Below are positions 10,483 to 20,510 of a stretch of DNA of 64,000 nt, piece by piece (within the stretch, counting starts at the first letter, position 1; every line of letters begins with the position of its first letter). This DNA comes from Nitrospirota bacterium (GTDB lineage: Bacteria > Nitrospirota > UBA9217): positions 22,976 to 86,975 of the forward strand of contig CAVWHO010000003.1 of assembly GCA_963754875.1 (NCBI GenBank), given 5' to 3'. The notes beneath the pieces were generated by a model. It ran no database searches. It was given only the letters and a program-made list of their open reading frames with translations, and was not told the DNA's origin. Made by a program: the position numbers and the translations under genes.

Positions 10483-10647
10483 GATCTTCTCCCTCCGAAA
10501 CAGTGTGCGCGTCATGCTTCAACTTTACTTAAAATCTGTACGTAAGGCCAAAAGCGACCAGTGGGTCTCAGACGCTGCACCGGGCATGCCGCGCTCGACA
10601 CCGGCTTTGATCACGGTGCCATCGGCCTGTCCCTGCCGGAATCTTCG

Positions 10648-10674
10648 GTGTTACTTTTTTATTTTTTGTAACAC
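10648..10674. promoter_or_regulatory. NikR operator 1 (GTGTTAC-N13-GTAACAC), overlapping the -10 of the nikM promoter
   Basis: Perfect 7-bp inverted repeat. Minus-strand TTGACA at 10688-10693, a 17-nt spacer, then TACAAA. Confidence 0.85.
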
Positions 10675-10701
10675 AACAGAAGAATGTTGTCAAGAATTAT
10701 T

Positions 10702-10728
10702 GTGCTACGTTTATGTATTCAGTAACAC
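10702..10728. promoter_or_regulatory. NikR operator 2 (GTGCTAC-N13-GTAACAC)
   Basis: Same spacing with one mismatch, just upstream of the -35 of the nikM promoter. Confidence 0.75.
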
Positions 10729-10904
10729 AAACACTGGTTCCAGCCAGCGCTGGGGCCGGGTACGACGGAGGAAGATTGATAAGTAACCTATGAGGAAGGT
10801 AACTGCAATTTGATCAGTGTTGGCCGTAGCCCGGCATGCAGCCTGCCCCCTGGAGAAGGACAAATAATCATAACGGTCGCGGGCTTTGCATCCAGCGTTA
10901 TCGT

Positions 10905-11690
10905 TCAGAATCTCCAAGCCGTTCCCGCAAGTGTCGTATAGTCTTCGGCATCCTTGCTCAATCCGGCGCGCGCGGCGAGATCGATATACCACGTCCGGGA
11001 AATATCATACTTGAAACCGGCCATGAACGTATAGGGCTGGGTAAACGCCTGTGTCCCCAACTCTTTATTCTTCGTTTTTCTGTCCTCGCCTGCAAGCTCT
11101 GTTAAAAAATGAAAGGACTCTGTGATTTTGTGTTCCAGGGAGAGGCCAAAACGAAAGGCGTAATTCTCGGCAAAATGCTGACTCTTCCAGTCCTCACCCA
11201 CGAGTTCGTAGGCGGCACTGACACGATAAATGTTGCTGCAGCATCCCTGTTGGTCCATTACTTGGATACCGAAGAGCACGTTATCGGTTCCGAGTCCTTT
11301 GGCTACGTCCCCGGTAGGAAGGCCGGCGTAGATTTGGAAACCGGAGGACTGGTTCACTTCATTCTCGTTAGTTCGGTATTTAAGCTTCAGTTGAACGTCT
11401 CCTACTCCTTTTTCATACTGATCCGTAACGGGGCTCCGGTCCAGCAGAAGATAGGGGACCTCAAGGATGACATCCGTATTATCGCCGGTTCCTGCCCTAA
11501 TGACCCCGCTCAGGTCGGTTGCCGAACTGCCAGTGTTTTTCAACTTCGTATAGTCGCCGTTCAGCTCGAAGAGAAAGTTGCCCTTTCCCTGCGTGTCCGT
11601 ATCTTCCACCTGGGACGGATGGACGGCCCATACCGACGTCGGCAGAAGCAGTAAAATACCGAGAATACATCCTGCTATTGCATTGCGCAT
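10905..11690 (-). CDS. Putative outer-membrane beta-barrel channel (SphA/COG4313-like 'transporter')
   Basis: Signal peptide, HPSQVEDTDTQGKG, GVGDVQLKLKY, LPTGD...GLGT, C-terminal WRF. AGGAG RBS before ATG 11690. Confidence 0.7.
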   Translation of the reverse strand: MRNAIAGCILGILLLLPTSVWAVHPSQVEDTDTQGKGNFLFELNGDYTKLKNTGSSATDLSGVIRAGTGDNTDVILEVPYLLLDRSPVTDQYEKGVGDVQLKLKYRTNENEVNQSSGFQIYAGLPTGDVAKGLGTDNVLFGIQVMDQQGCCSNIYRVSAAYELVGEDWKSQHFAENYAFRFGLSLEHKITESFHFLTELAGEDRKTKNKELGTQAFTQPYTFMAGFKYDISRTWYIDLAARAGLSKDAEDYTTLAGTAWRF

Positions 11691-11749
11691 ACACGATCTC
11701 CTGTAATTTTCCTGTGTCAAAAAAGGGTTGTGATGCCGCTTGACCGGCG

Positions 11750-12168
11750 CTACACCAGTTCTTTCCCTGTTGTCGTCATCGTCAGCTTGCCGTGCTTCAC
11801 TCCGCGTGTGCCGATAAGACGGTCCGCGATCTTTTTGATCTCATGGCTCTTGCCCTTGACGACCAGGACCTCGAGGCAGTTATGAGCGTCAAGATGAACA
11901 TGGAGAGCAGAAATGATCTGGTGGAAGGATTGGTGCTGCATGTCCGTGAGCGCGTGCTCCAGTTCGCGGGTATGATGGTTGTACACGATGGTAATGGTGC
12001 CCACCGTCTCCCGATTTTCCGCTTCCCATTCCTGCTCCACGAGGCTGTCGCGGATCATATCGCGGATGGCCTCGGAGCGGGTAGTATACCCTTTCTTACG
12101 ACGAGCGCATCAAATTTTTTTATCAGCTGGCTGTCAATGGAAACGCCGAAGCGGGTCAGGCCGGACAT
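11750..12168 (-). CDS. nikR: Nickel-responsive regulator NikR, split by a 1-nt deletion near 12090
   Basis: [11 protein letters not shown]...[16 protein letters not shown]...[10 protein letters not shown]...[12 protein letters not shown] (Ni-binding HxH...C). Confidence 0.93.
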
Positions 12169-12178
12169 GAGGACCTCC

Positions 12179-12206
12179 GTGTTACGTTTTTTTAAATTAG
12201 TAACAC
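12179..12206. promoter_or_regulatory. NikR operator 3 (GTGTTAC-N14-GTAACAC) over the nikR promoter
   Basis: Perfect repeat extended to CGTGTTAC/GTAACACG. Minus-strand TTGACA (12220-12225)-17 nt-TACTAA overlaps it. Confidence 0.8.
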
Positions 12207-12330
12207 GATAGCATTTTTCTGTCAAGCGTTTTTTCGCTCCGGCCATATTCACCTTGACAACCCCACCCTTCCTTTGTTACTTTATAGCCATCGTAACGAT
12301 GCCGAATCTATGTGCACAGGAGAAATAATT

Positions 12331-13110
12331 ATGAGAAGAATACAAATGTTCGCCGTAGGTGTGTTCGTCCTTGCCATGCTCGCTATTCCCTATCGCGCTT
12401 TTGCTTTCCTTGGACTCGAAGTGGGCGTGGGATACTGGAACCAGTCACCGTCAGGTACGCTGGGTTATAAAGGGACAACGGCAGCTGATGAACTTGATCT
12501 CAAAAACGATCTAAATTACAACAGCAAGAGCAGCCCTTTTGTTCGCGTGAAGATCGATCTTCCGCTGATTTTGCCGAATATCTATCTCATGGCTACGCCA
12601 ATGTCCTTTGACGGGACCGGGTCCAAGACCGTCCCCTTCAGTTATGGCGGGCAGACTTTCAACGCCAACGTTCCGATCAGCTCGAAAGTCAAGCTGGACC
12701 ACTACGATGTGGCGCTATATTATCCGATTCCTCTGCTCAAGACCGCGACACTCGGCAAACTCAATATTGACCTCGGTTTGAATGCGCGAAAAATTGATTT
12801 TGAAGGTACCATCAGCCAGGATTCGCTAGGTTTGACCGCGTCCAAGAGCCTGTCGATCTATTTGCCGATGGTCTATGCAGGCGTGCAGGTGAAGCCGATT
12901 TCACTGTTCGCCATCGAGGGGGAATTCAGAGGAATCGCCATAGGCCAGAACCACTATTATGATTACATCGCCAAGGTGAGAATCAATCCGATCCCGGTAG
13001 TCTACATCAGCGGCGGGTACCGGTCCGAGGACGTCAAGATCGACCAGAGTGACGTGAAGGCAAATTTAAAGTTCAGCGGCCCCTTTGTCGAGGCTGGCGT
13101 AAGTTTCTAG
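12331..13110 (+). CDS. Outer-membrane beta-barrel protein (TIGR04219-like)
   Basis: Signal peptide, GVGYWNQSPSG, LPLILPNI, DVALYY, GGYR, and C-terminal FSGPFVEAGVSF. Confidence 0.75.
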   Translation: MRRIQMFAVGVFVLAMLAIPYRAFAFLGLEVGVGYWNQSPSGTLGYKGTTAADELDLKNDLNYNSKSSPFVRVKIDLPLILPNIYLMATPMSFDGTGSKTVPFSYGGQTFNANVPISSKVKLDHYDVALYYPIPLLKTATLGKLNIDLGLNARKIDFEGTISQDSLGLTASKSLSIYLPMVYAGVQVKPISLFAIEGEFRGIAIGQNHYYDYIAKVRINPIPVVYISGGYRSEDVKIDQSDVKANLKFSGPFVEAGVSF

Positions 13111-13142
13111 CCGCTCAACGCTGCAATATCTCGAAGCTACGT

Positions 13143-13180
13143 AAAAGCCCCGGCCATTATGCCGCGGGCTTTTTTTATTT
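13143..13180 (+). terminator. Rho-independent terminator
   Basis: aaaagccccggc-cattat-gccgcgggctttttttattt. Confidence 0.75.
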
Positions 13181-13312
13181 CCTCCCTTCCGCTTGATCCG
13201 GGCTCACGTTAGAGACAATAATCTTGACAAACTATCATCCCTTTGATAGGGTAACGTCACGTCATCTCTGGCAAATTATCAGTGGAGCACGGTATCAATA
13301 AGGAGGCTTTAC

Positions 13313-14062
13313 ATGAAGAAATCGGTATTAGTACTTCTGATTTTAGTTCTCTCCGCAGTTCCTGCAATGGCAAACACGAGTTTTACTTTTCAGCCTGGTT
13401 ATACACAAGACATGTTCAAGAGCCTCAGCACCGAACTCGGTCTCGCCATCAGCTATAATCCCCTCTCGCCTGCCGAGCCCCTCGGCGGGCTTCTTCCGGG
13501 TTTTGATGCCGGCGTCGAGATGACTGCGGTGAAAATCAACAAAGATAGTGCATTCTGGTCTCAGGCTGTTCAAGGATCATCCCTGCCGACGTATCTCCCC
13601 CTCGCCAAGGTGCATGTTCAGGTCGGTCTTCCCGTGATTCCTCTCGACCTCGGGGTAATGTACTCGGAAGTGCCGAACACTGATATCAAACTCATCGGCG
13701 GCGAACTCAAGTATGCTATCCTTAAGGGCGGCATCGTCATGCCGGCTGTCGCGGTTCGGGGAGCCTACACCAAATTATCCGGCGTTGACGTCTTCGACAT
13801 GGAGACCAAGTCTCTCGACCTTTCGATCAGCAAGGGTTTTTTGATCCTGACCCCGTATGCGGGTATTGGCGAGGTGTGGATAACGAGCACGCCGAAAGGT
13901 GCCGCAGCGGCTGCTCCCCTCAATCTCACGAAAGAGAACATAACCCAGACCAAGGAATTTATCGGCGCAAAACTTGCCTTTTTCCCGTTCATGAACCTTG
14001 TGGCGGAAGCCGATTTTTCAAAGGTGAACGCCTACTCCCTGAGATTGAACGTGCATTTCTAA
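13313..14062 (+). CDS. Putative outer-membrane beta-barrel protein
   Basis: Signal peptide, alternating beta-strand pattern, TPYAGIG, C-terminal YSLRLNVHF. AAGGAGG RBS. Confidence 0.7.
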   Translation: MKKSVLVLLILVLSAVPAMANTSFTFQPGYTQDMFKSLSTELGLAISYNPLSPAEPLGGLLPGFDAGVEMTAVKINKDSAFWSQAVQGSSLPTYLPLAKVHVQVGLPVIPLDLGVMYSEVPNTDIKLIGGELKYAILKGGIVMPAVAVRGAYTKLSGVDVFDMETKSLDLSISKGFLILTPYAGIGEVWITSTPKGAAAAAPLNLTKENITQTKEFIGAKLAFFPFMNLVAEADFSKVNAYSLRLNVHF

Positions 14063-14087
14063 AACACTGCTTCGAGTCGTCTTTCCC

Positions 14088-14119
14088 AGCCCCCGGTCTG
14101 AGACACGGGGGCTTTTTTT
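14088..14119 (+). terminator. Rho-independent terminator
   Basis: agcccccg...cgggggc followed by a T-tract. Confidence 0.75.
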
Positions 14120-14178
14120 GTATCCTTTTCATGGACCATACCCTTGCCGCATCTCCCTCTTTGTGTTATATTCCCTTC

Positions 14179-14964
14179 GTGGAAACCAAAAGAGAAACGC
14201 CGGTGCTCAAAGTGAACGGCAGCAACGTCGAAGGAATCATCGATGAAGTGGCGTCAGAACTGCCGATCAGGCTGGTACTGAACAATGAACCGCTCGTTAC
14301 GCTCCTCTGCACTCCGGCCGAGCTCAAAGAACTCGCTGTTGGTTTTCTCCTGTCCGAAGGGCTTCTCCGGGACAAAGCTATGATCAAAAAATTGGAAGTA
14401 GATGAGCGGGAGTCGGCAATACGGATCGAGCTCTCTGATCTTCCTCCGGATTTTTCCAAACTGTTCGAAAAGCGGACCATCTCCTCGGGCTGCGGCAAGG
14501 GCGTGACTTTTACGAGCTACCAAATGCCTGCAGACAAAAGAATCGACGTCAAAGGCCGGCTCATGGGCCTCGACGACATCAGGCGCCTGCTCGGGACCTT
14601 CCGGACCATTTCAAAACTCTACCTCGATACGGGCGGTGTACACAGCGCTGCGCTCTCCGACGGAAAGGAGATCCTCCTTTTCTCAGAGGACATCGGACGG
14701 CATAATGCCGTGGACAAACTTATCGGCAAGGCGTTTTTGCAGTCCCTGTCAGTGGAGGACAAAATCCTGCTTACGAGCGGCAGAGTCACGTCGGAGATCG
14801 TGACCAAGGCCGGCAGGAACCGTTTTCCCATATTGATCAGCCGCGCCGCGCCGTCCTGTATGGCAATCAGTTATGCCGAAGACATGGGAATCACGCTTGT
14901 CGGATTCGCGCGCGGAGACAGGATGAACATCTATTCGTGGCCGACGAGAATACAATTGGATTGA
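14179..14964 (+). CDS. fdhD: Formate dehydrogenase accessory sulfurtransferase
   Basis: ELAVGFLLSEG, SSGCG, TGGVHSAAL, EDIGRHNAVDKLIG, TSGR, TLVGFARG. Confidence 0.92.
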   Translation: METKRETPVLKVNGSNVEGIIDEVASELPIRLVLNNEPLVTLLCTPAELKELAVGFLLSEGLLRDKAMIKKLEVDERESAIRIELSDLPPDFSKLFEKRTISSGCGKGVTFTSYQMPADKRIDVKGRLMGLDDIRRLLGTFRTISKLYLDTGGVHSAALSDGKEILLFSEDIGRHNAVDKLIGKAFLQSLSVEDKILLTSGRVTSEIVTKAGRNRFPILISRAAPSCMAISYAEDMGITLVGFARGDRMNIYSWPTRIQLD

Positions 14965-15121
14965 TTAGACCCTCCCCGTACCGGACAACCGGCCATGCTA
15001 TTGCAACCTGCCTCATGCGCCACACGTGCTACCTTTGTCAGTTGAAATACAGCGGTATTTCTGTTATCTTTAAGTGCAGGGTATTCCGAATCGGGAATAC
15101 CTTTTGGTTTGAAGGAGGAAT

Positions 15122-16840
15122 ATGAACAATCTGCACGAATTCACCGCCGAGCCCATGATCTCCTACTTTTCCATGGAAATCGGCGTAAAAAACGATATCC
15201 CGACCTATAGCGGCGGCCTCGGCATCCTGGCCGGCGACACCATCAAATCCGCGGCTGACCTGGAGCTCCCCATCGTGGCGGTAACGCTCATCACGCACAA
15301 AGGATATTTCAATCAGGAAATAGATGCCAGCGGCTGGCAGAGGGAAAAACCCGTGGTGTGGGACCCCGCAAAATATATGACCCTTCTCCCCGAAAAAGTC
15401 AAGGTTCAGATCGAGGAGCGGGACGTCTACATTCAGGCCTGGATGTATATGGTCGTAAGCCCCACGGGCGGCAAGGTGCCCATTCTGTTTCTCGACACGG
15501 ACCTGCCGGAAAATGCAACGCAGGACAGGGTGCTGACGGACTATCTGTACGGCGGAGACAGCGATTACCGCATCAAGCAGGAGGTCGTCTTGGGCATGGG
15601 GGGTGTCCGCATGCTCCATGCCCTTGAATTTCATATCAAGAAATACCACATGAACGAAGGTCATGCCAGTTTCTTGGCGCTCGAACTTCTCCTGCGGTTC
15701 AAACGGGACATCGAGAGCGTATGGGACGAGCGATCGGTGTGGGATGTGACCAGGGTAAGGGACCTCTGCGTCTTCACCACGCACACACCCGTTGAAGCAG
15801 GGCACGATAAATTCCCCTATCCCCTCGTCAAGAAGGTACTTGGTGAGATCATTCCCTTCGATGTTTTAAAAGATCTCGCAGGCGCGGACAACCTCAACAT
15901 GACGCTGCTCGCGCTTAATCTGAGCAATTACGTCAACGGCGTTGCGAAGAAACACGGTGAGGTGTCACAACACATGTTCCCCGGATACCATATCCATGCC
16001 ATCACGAACGGCGTGCATACTTTTACCTGGACCTGCGAAGATATGGCCAAACTCTTCGATAAATACATTCCCGGATGGGCGAATGAACCCGAGCTTTTCG
16101 TCCGTACAGGCGTTATTCCGGAGTTGGAGCTCTGGGAAGCGCACCGCGCAGCGAAGAGAAAGCTGCTTACCTATGTCGGCGAAGCCACCGGTGTTGTGAT
16201 GGACCCCAATGTTCTGACACTGGGATTTGCCCGCCGGGCAACGGCATATAAGAGACCGCATCTGCTCTTTTCCGATGTCGACCGTCTTCTCAGGATCGCT
16301 GAAAAAAAAGGGCTGCAGATCATCTACGCAGGCAAGGCGCACCCTCATGACGACAACGGCAAAAGGCTGATCCAGGGGATCTATGGTTACCGCGATAAAC
16401 TCAAAGGAAAGATCTCAATTGCCTTCCTCCCCGGCTATGACATGGACATAGCGCTCAAGCTCGTCTCCGGCGTGGACGTGTGGCTCAACACGCCGCTGCG
16501 TCCGCTCGAAGCTTCGGGTACAAGCGGCATGAAGGCCGCGCACAACGGCGTCGTGAATTTCAGTGTGTTGGACGGTTGGTGGATCGAAGGGCATATTGAG
16601 GGATTTACGGGGTGGTCGATCGGCGCTCTGCCGACCGAAAAGGCGTTGCCGGGCTCGTCCGACGCCGAGGATGCCGCAGACCTGTACGACAAGCTTGAGA
16701 ACTTGATTATTCCGAAATATTACGACCCGGACAAGAGCAAGTGGAGCCGTATGATGAAAAATGCAATCAGCAAGAACGCCTACTACTTTAACAGCCACCG
16801 AATGATGCGGCGGTATGTGACGGAAGCGTATATCAGATGA
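15122..16840 (+). CDS. glgP: Alpha-glucan (glycogen/starch) phosphorylase
   Basis: YFSMEIG, YSGGLGILAGD, HMNEGH, ITNGVH, GFARRATAYKR, EASGTSGMKAAHNG. Confidence 0.93.
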   Translation: MNNLHEFTAEPMISYFSMEIGVKNDIPTYSGGLGILAGDTIKSAADLELPIVAVTLITHKGYFNQEIDASGWQREKPVVWDPAKYMTLLPEKVKVQIEERDVYIQAWMYMVVSPTGGKVPILFLDTDLPENATQDRVLTDYLYGGDSDYRIKQEVVLGMGGVRMLHALEFHIKKYHMNEGHASFLALELLLRFKRDIESVWDERSVWDVTRVRDLCVFTTHTPVEAGHDKFPYPLVKKVLGEIIPFDVLKDLAGADNLNMTLLALNLSNYVNGVAKKHGEVSQHMFPGYHIHAITNGVHTFTWTCEDMAKLFDKYIPGWANEPELFVRTGVIPELELWEAHRAAKRKLLTYVGEATGVVMDPNVLTLGFARRATAYKRPHLLFSDVDRLLRIAEKKGLQIIYAGKAHPHDDNGKRLIQGIYGYRDKLKGKISIAFLPGYDMDIALKLVSGVDVWLNTPLRPLEASGTSGMKAAHNGVVNFSVLDGWWIEGHIEGFTGWSIGALPTEKALPGSSDAEDAADLYDKLENLIIPKYYDPDKSKWSRMMKNAISKNAYYFNSHRMMRRYVTEAYIR

Positions 16841-16899
16841 ATTTAAGAGGTTCGTCGATGTAACGTCAAAAAAATTACTTCGGCTCTATCCGCGATCGC

Positions 16900-18660
16900 T
16901 TATTCCTCCTCTGCTTCTTGCGTTACCCTGAGCACTTCTTCAACGGACGTGACACCGGCTGCGACTTTGAGCAACCCTTCCTGGCGCAGCGTCTTGAATC
17001 CGGCCTGGACAGCCGCTGATGTGATGGCGGAACTTGCCGCTTTGGCGATGATCAGCGTCCGTATGGCCTCATGCATTTCAATAAGTTCATAAATCCCGAC
17101 CCGCTCCCGATAACCGGTGTTCTTGCAGGCAGGGCACCCCTCGCCCCGGTAGAAAGTTGCACTGCCGGGCGTTATTCCGAGGCTCGTGAGCAGTTCAGGA
17201 GTGGCGGGGTACGGTTTTTTGCAGCGGTCGCAGATCTTCCGCGTTAATCTTTGGGCGAGGATGCCGATAACCGAAGAAGCGACCAAAAACGGTTCTACCC
17301 CCATGTCAATGAGCCGTGTAGCAGCGCTTCCCGCATCATTCGTATGCAAAGTGGCAAAGACCAGGTGCCCGGTGAGAGCAGCCTGGATAGCGATTTCAGC
17401 GGTCTCGCGGTCTCTGATTTCTCCGACCATGATGATGTCCGGGTCCTGGCGGAGGATTGAACGCAGTCCGCTGGCAAAGGTCACCCCGGCCTTGGGGTTC
17501 ACCTGCAACTGGTTAACGCCCATGATCTGATATTCGACGGGGTCTTCGACCGTCACCACATTATTCGCTTTTCTATCGATCGAGTTGATACTGGCGTAGA
17601 GCGTCGTGGTCTTGCCGCTCCCCGTCGGCCCTGTAACAAGGATCATGCCGTAAGGCCTGCTGATCAGCCTACGATACCGATCCAACATGTGCGGTGAGAA
17701 ATTCAGCCCTTCCATGTTCAGAATGATGTGAGATCGGTCGAGGATGCGCATTACCACGGTTTCGCCTTGAATAACCGGCAGCGTCGAGACACGCATATCA
17801 ACGGTCGTATCGCCATCCAAGCGCAAAAAACTTCTCTCGTGAAACACGGCTGTAACAACAGGACCGGAATCGCTGTGGGTCACCCGCGCCTGGAACCGTC
17901 CGTCCTGCGGCGCCCGCTTTTCCGCGATATCCATACCTGCCAGGATCTTGATCCGCGAGACGATTGGCGCGTGCATTTCGCGCGGGAGCGTCCTCACCTC
18001 GGCGAGTACGCCGTCGATCCGGTAACGAACTTTAACATTCTTCCCTTCGGGGTCGATGTGGATGTCGCTGGCACGATCCAGGATAGCCTGGGCGATCAGC
18101 ATGCTCACCATCTTGACGACGGGAGCATCTTCTGCAGCGGGACCGGCTATCGTCGCGGTCTCACGGCCCGCGCCTTGTTCATCTGCGAAATCTATCGCCG
18201 CCGCATCGATGGTCTGGCTCATGCCGAAGTAGCGGTCGATGGCCCTCAATATATCGGACCGGGTTGCCACAACCTGCCGGATTTCCAGGCCGGTCGTCTT
18301 GCGAATATCGTCGACTCCGAAGATGTTCAGAGGGTCTGCCATTGCAACTACCAGGGCTTCTTTATCCTTATATAAGGGAAGAGCAACAAGACGTCTTGCC
18401 ATGTCTCCGGGAAGTATTTGTACACTCTCGACGTCGACCAGCTGTTTGTCGATATCGATATAAGGGACATTGAGCTGCCTTCCGAGAAATGTTGCTATAT
18501 TATGTTCGCTGATGAACCCAAGGTCGACCAGAATCTCGCCGATCTTACCGCCCCTTTTCTTCTGATCTTCGAGGGCTTTCATGAGTTGTTCATCTTTTAT
18601 CAGTCCGCCGGCGACCAGCATTTCACCGAGCATTTTCTTTTTCACTTCCGTAGAGGCCAT
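16900..18660 (-). CDS. PilB/GspE family secretion/pilus assembly ATPase with MshEN-like N-terminus
   Basis: ASDIHIDP, GPTGSGKTTT, VEDPVEY, LRQDPDIIMVGEIRD, CxxC...CxxC. RBS AAGGAG before ATG 18660. Confidence 0.92.
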   Translation of the reverse strand: MASTEVKKKMLGEMLVAGGLIKDEQLMKALEDQKKRGGKIGEILVDLGFISEHNIATFLGRQLNVPYIDIDKQLVDVESVQILPGDMARRLVALPLYKDKEALVVAMADPLNIFGVDDIRKTTGLEIRQVVATRSDILRAIDRYFGMSQTIDAAAIDFADEQGAGRETATIAGPAAEDAPVVKMVSMLIAQAILDRASDIHIDPEGKNVKVRYRIDGVLAEVRTLPREMHAPIVSRIKILAGMDIAEKRAPQDGRFQARVTHSDSGPVVTAVFHERSFLRLDGDTTVDMRVSTLPVIQGETVVMRILDRSHIILNMEGLNFSPHMLDRYRRLISRPYGMILVTGPTGSGKTTTLYASINSIDRKANNVVTVEDPVEYQIMGVNQLQVNPKAGVTFASGLRSILRQDPDIIMVGEIRDRETAEIAIQAALTGHLVFATLHTNDAGSAATRLIDMGVEPFLVASSVIGILAQRLTRKICDRCKKPYPATPELLTSLGITPGSATFYRGEGCPACKNTGYRERVGIYELIEMHEAIRTLIIAKAASSAITSAAVQAGFKTLRQEGLLKVAAGVTSVEEVLRVTQEAEEE

Positions 18661-19270
18661 AACGCGCTCCTTTTTCATTTGCAGTCAGTATGCCTGCCCG
18701 CATGGTGCTTCGTAAATATTTTACGTTCGATCCATTCTGAGCTCTGAGCAGCACAGAAGATTACATTTGAGCTCGGTTGCAGGAGAATTCACGCTCCAGC
18801 GTAACAACTTATAAAAGAGGGAAACGTTGGACATACTGGGGGAGCAAGAACCGAGCCCTTTACGGATTATACCAAAATAATATTTGGTCAGTAAAGATAA
18901 TTCTGGTACCAACGGTAAAGAGTTTGCCTGGCTAAGATTTCATAAAATTAAAGTTAGCCCGATAGTTGCCGATAAGATAGAAAAGAAAAATCCGGATGTG
19001 GGGTTTTTCGTTCAGTTTCGGGGCGTGACGCTGCAATTCATGGTCATGGTGCGTCATACTTGTGCGGGGAAAACCGGTAAGTGGTCCGTGCACCGGTGAA
19101 GACTCATTACTCATCAGAAAAAGAGACAGCATTTTTCGATGTTTCGGATAAACTTGTAAATAATTTCGACCTGGAGCGATAATATTCAAATGTTCACTAC
19201 ATCTCAATACGATCCCGCTGTTCCATCCAATTTAAGTATGCCGGTTTTTAAGGTAGGAGGTCCTGGGGAA

Positions 19271-20344
19271 ATGGCCGATAAGGGGAAGAATACCCTGCTG
19301 ATTGTTGATGATGATCCCTACGTGCTCGAATCCATTTCAACGCTGTTGAAAGAGTACGGATTTACTGTCTGTACGTGCCAAAATGCGGCGGATGCCATAA
19401 AAATGGTCAATAAAGTCAATTTCGATGTGGTCTTGACTGACATCAAAATGCCTCAGGTGACCGGCATCGAACTTTTGCAGAACATTCATGCCTACAATCA
19501 GCAAATCCCGGTTATTTTAATGACGGCCTTTGCCGAACTCGACGTAGCTGTTGACGCAGTCAAACGGGGTGCCTTCGATTTTATCACAAAACCCTATAAT
19601 CCCGACTATCTCTTGCACTCCGTTGAAAAAGCGGTCAAATATACGCGCTTTATCCAAATGGAAAAAAATTACAAAGCCATGCTGGAAGATACGGTCCGTA
19701 TACGCACCCAGGAACTCGCGGACGCTTTGACCATGGTCAAAAACATGAGTTCCGAGATCATCCAGCGGTTGACGGCTGTTGCAGAATACCGTGACACCGA
19801 TACCGGCGCCCATATTGCACGGATCGGCCTCTATTCTCACAAGATCGCCAAGGCCATGAATATGCCGCCCGAATTCGTGGAAACGCTTACTTTTGCAAGC
19901 CCTATGCATGATCTCGGGAAGATCGGCATTCCCGATAGTATCCTGCTTAAGACCGGCTCCCTTATACCGGAAGAGTTCGAGGTCATGAAGAAACATACTA
20001 CGATGGGCGAGAAAATGCTGACGGGTTCAACATACCCGGGGATTCAAGTGGCCGCGTCCATTGCGTTATCACATCACGAACGATGGGACGGCAAAGGATA
20101 TCCTCGCGGACTCAAAGGCAAAGAGATACCCATTGAAGGGAGGATCGTCATGCTCGTGGACCAGTATGATGCGTTGCGGAGTAAAAGACCGTACAAACCG
20201 GCATTTGATCATGAAAAAACATTTAAAATCATCACTGAAGGAGATGGAAGAACGATGCCGGAGCATTTCGACCCGGCCGTATTAGAGGCTTTTGTAACAG
20301 TAGCCCCGTTTTTTAATGAAATTTTCGAGGCACATCAAGATTAA
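19271..20344 (+). CDS. Response regulator with HD-GYP c-di-GMP phosphodiesterase domain (RpfG-like)
   Basis: REC (IVDDD, LTDIKMP), [21 protein letters not shown]. Confidence 0.92.
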   Translation: MADKGKNTLLIVDDDPYVLESISTLLKEYGFTVCTCQNAADAIKMVNKVNFDVVLTDIKMPQVTGIELLQNIHAYNQQIPVILMTAFAELDVAVDAVKRGAFDFITKPYNPDYLLHSVEKAVKYTRFIQMEKNYKAMLEDTVRIRTQELADALTMVKNMSSEIIQRLTAVAEYRDTDTGAHIARIGLYSHKIAKAMNMPPEFVETLTFASPMHDLGKIGIPDSILLKTGSLIPEEFEVMKKHTTMGEKMLTGSTYPGIQVAASIALSHHERWDGKGYPRGLKGKEIPIEGRIVMLVDQYDALRSKRPYKPAFDHEKTFKIITEGDGRTMPEHFDPAVLEAFVTVAPFFNEIFEAHQD

Positions 20345-20510
20345 ACGGAGCTGCCACTTCACCTTGTCACGAACGTATCATGCCCGAGCTTTCAGCCCTC
20401 GCCCACTGCACGAAAGATCTTTTTACCAGCCGTTTTTTTCTTGAAGAGTGTCCCGCTCCCTGTTAAATTTCAATGGCAGTTATGTTATAATGGTCCAAAA
20501 GGGAGGAGCT

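Noticed and set aside
18880..18980. c-di-GMP-I riboswitch between pilB and the HD-GYP gene (ggctaa...ttagcc hairpin, gttgccg)
   Set aside because: The GNRA tetraloop/receptor architecture and GCAAA motifs are not in the required order.
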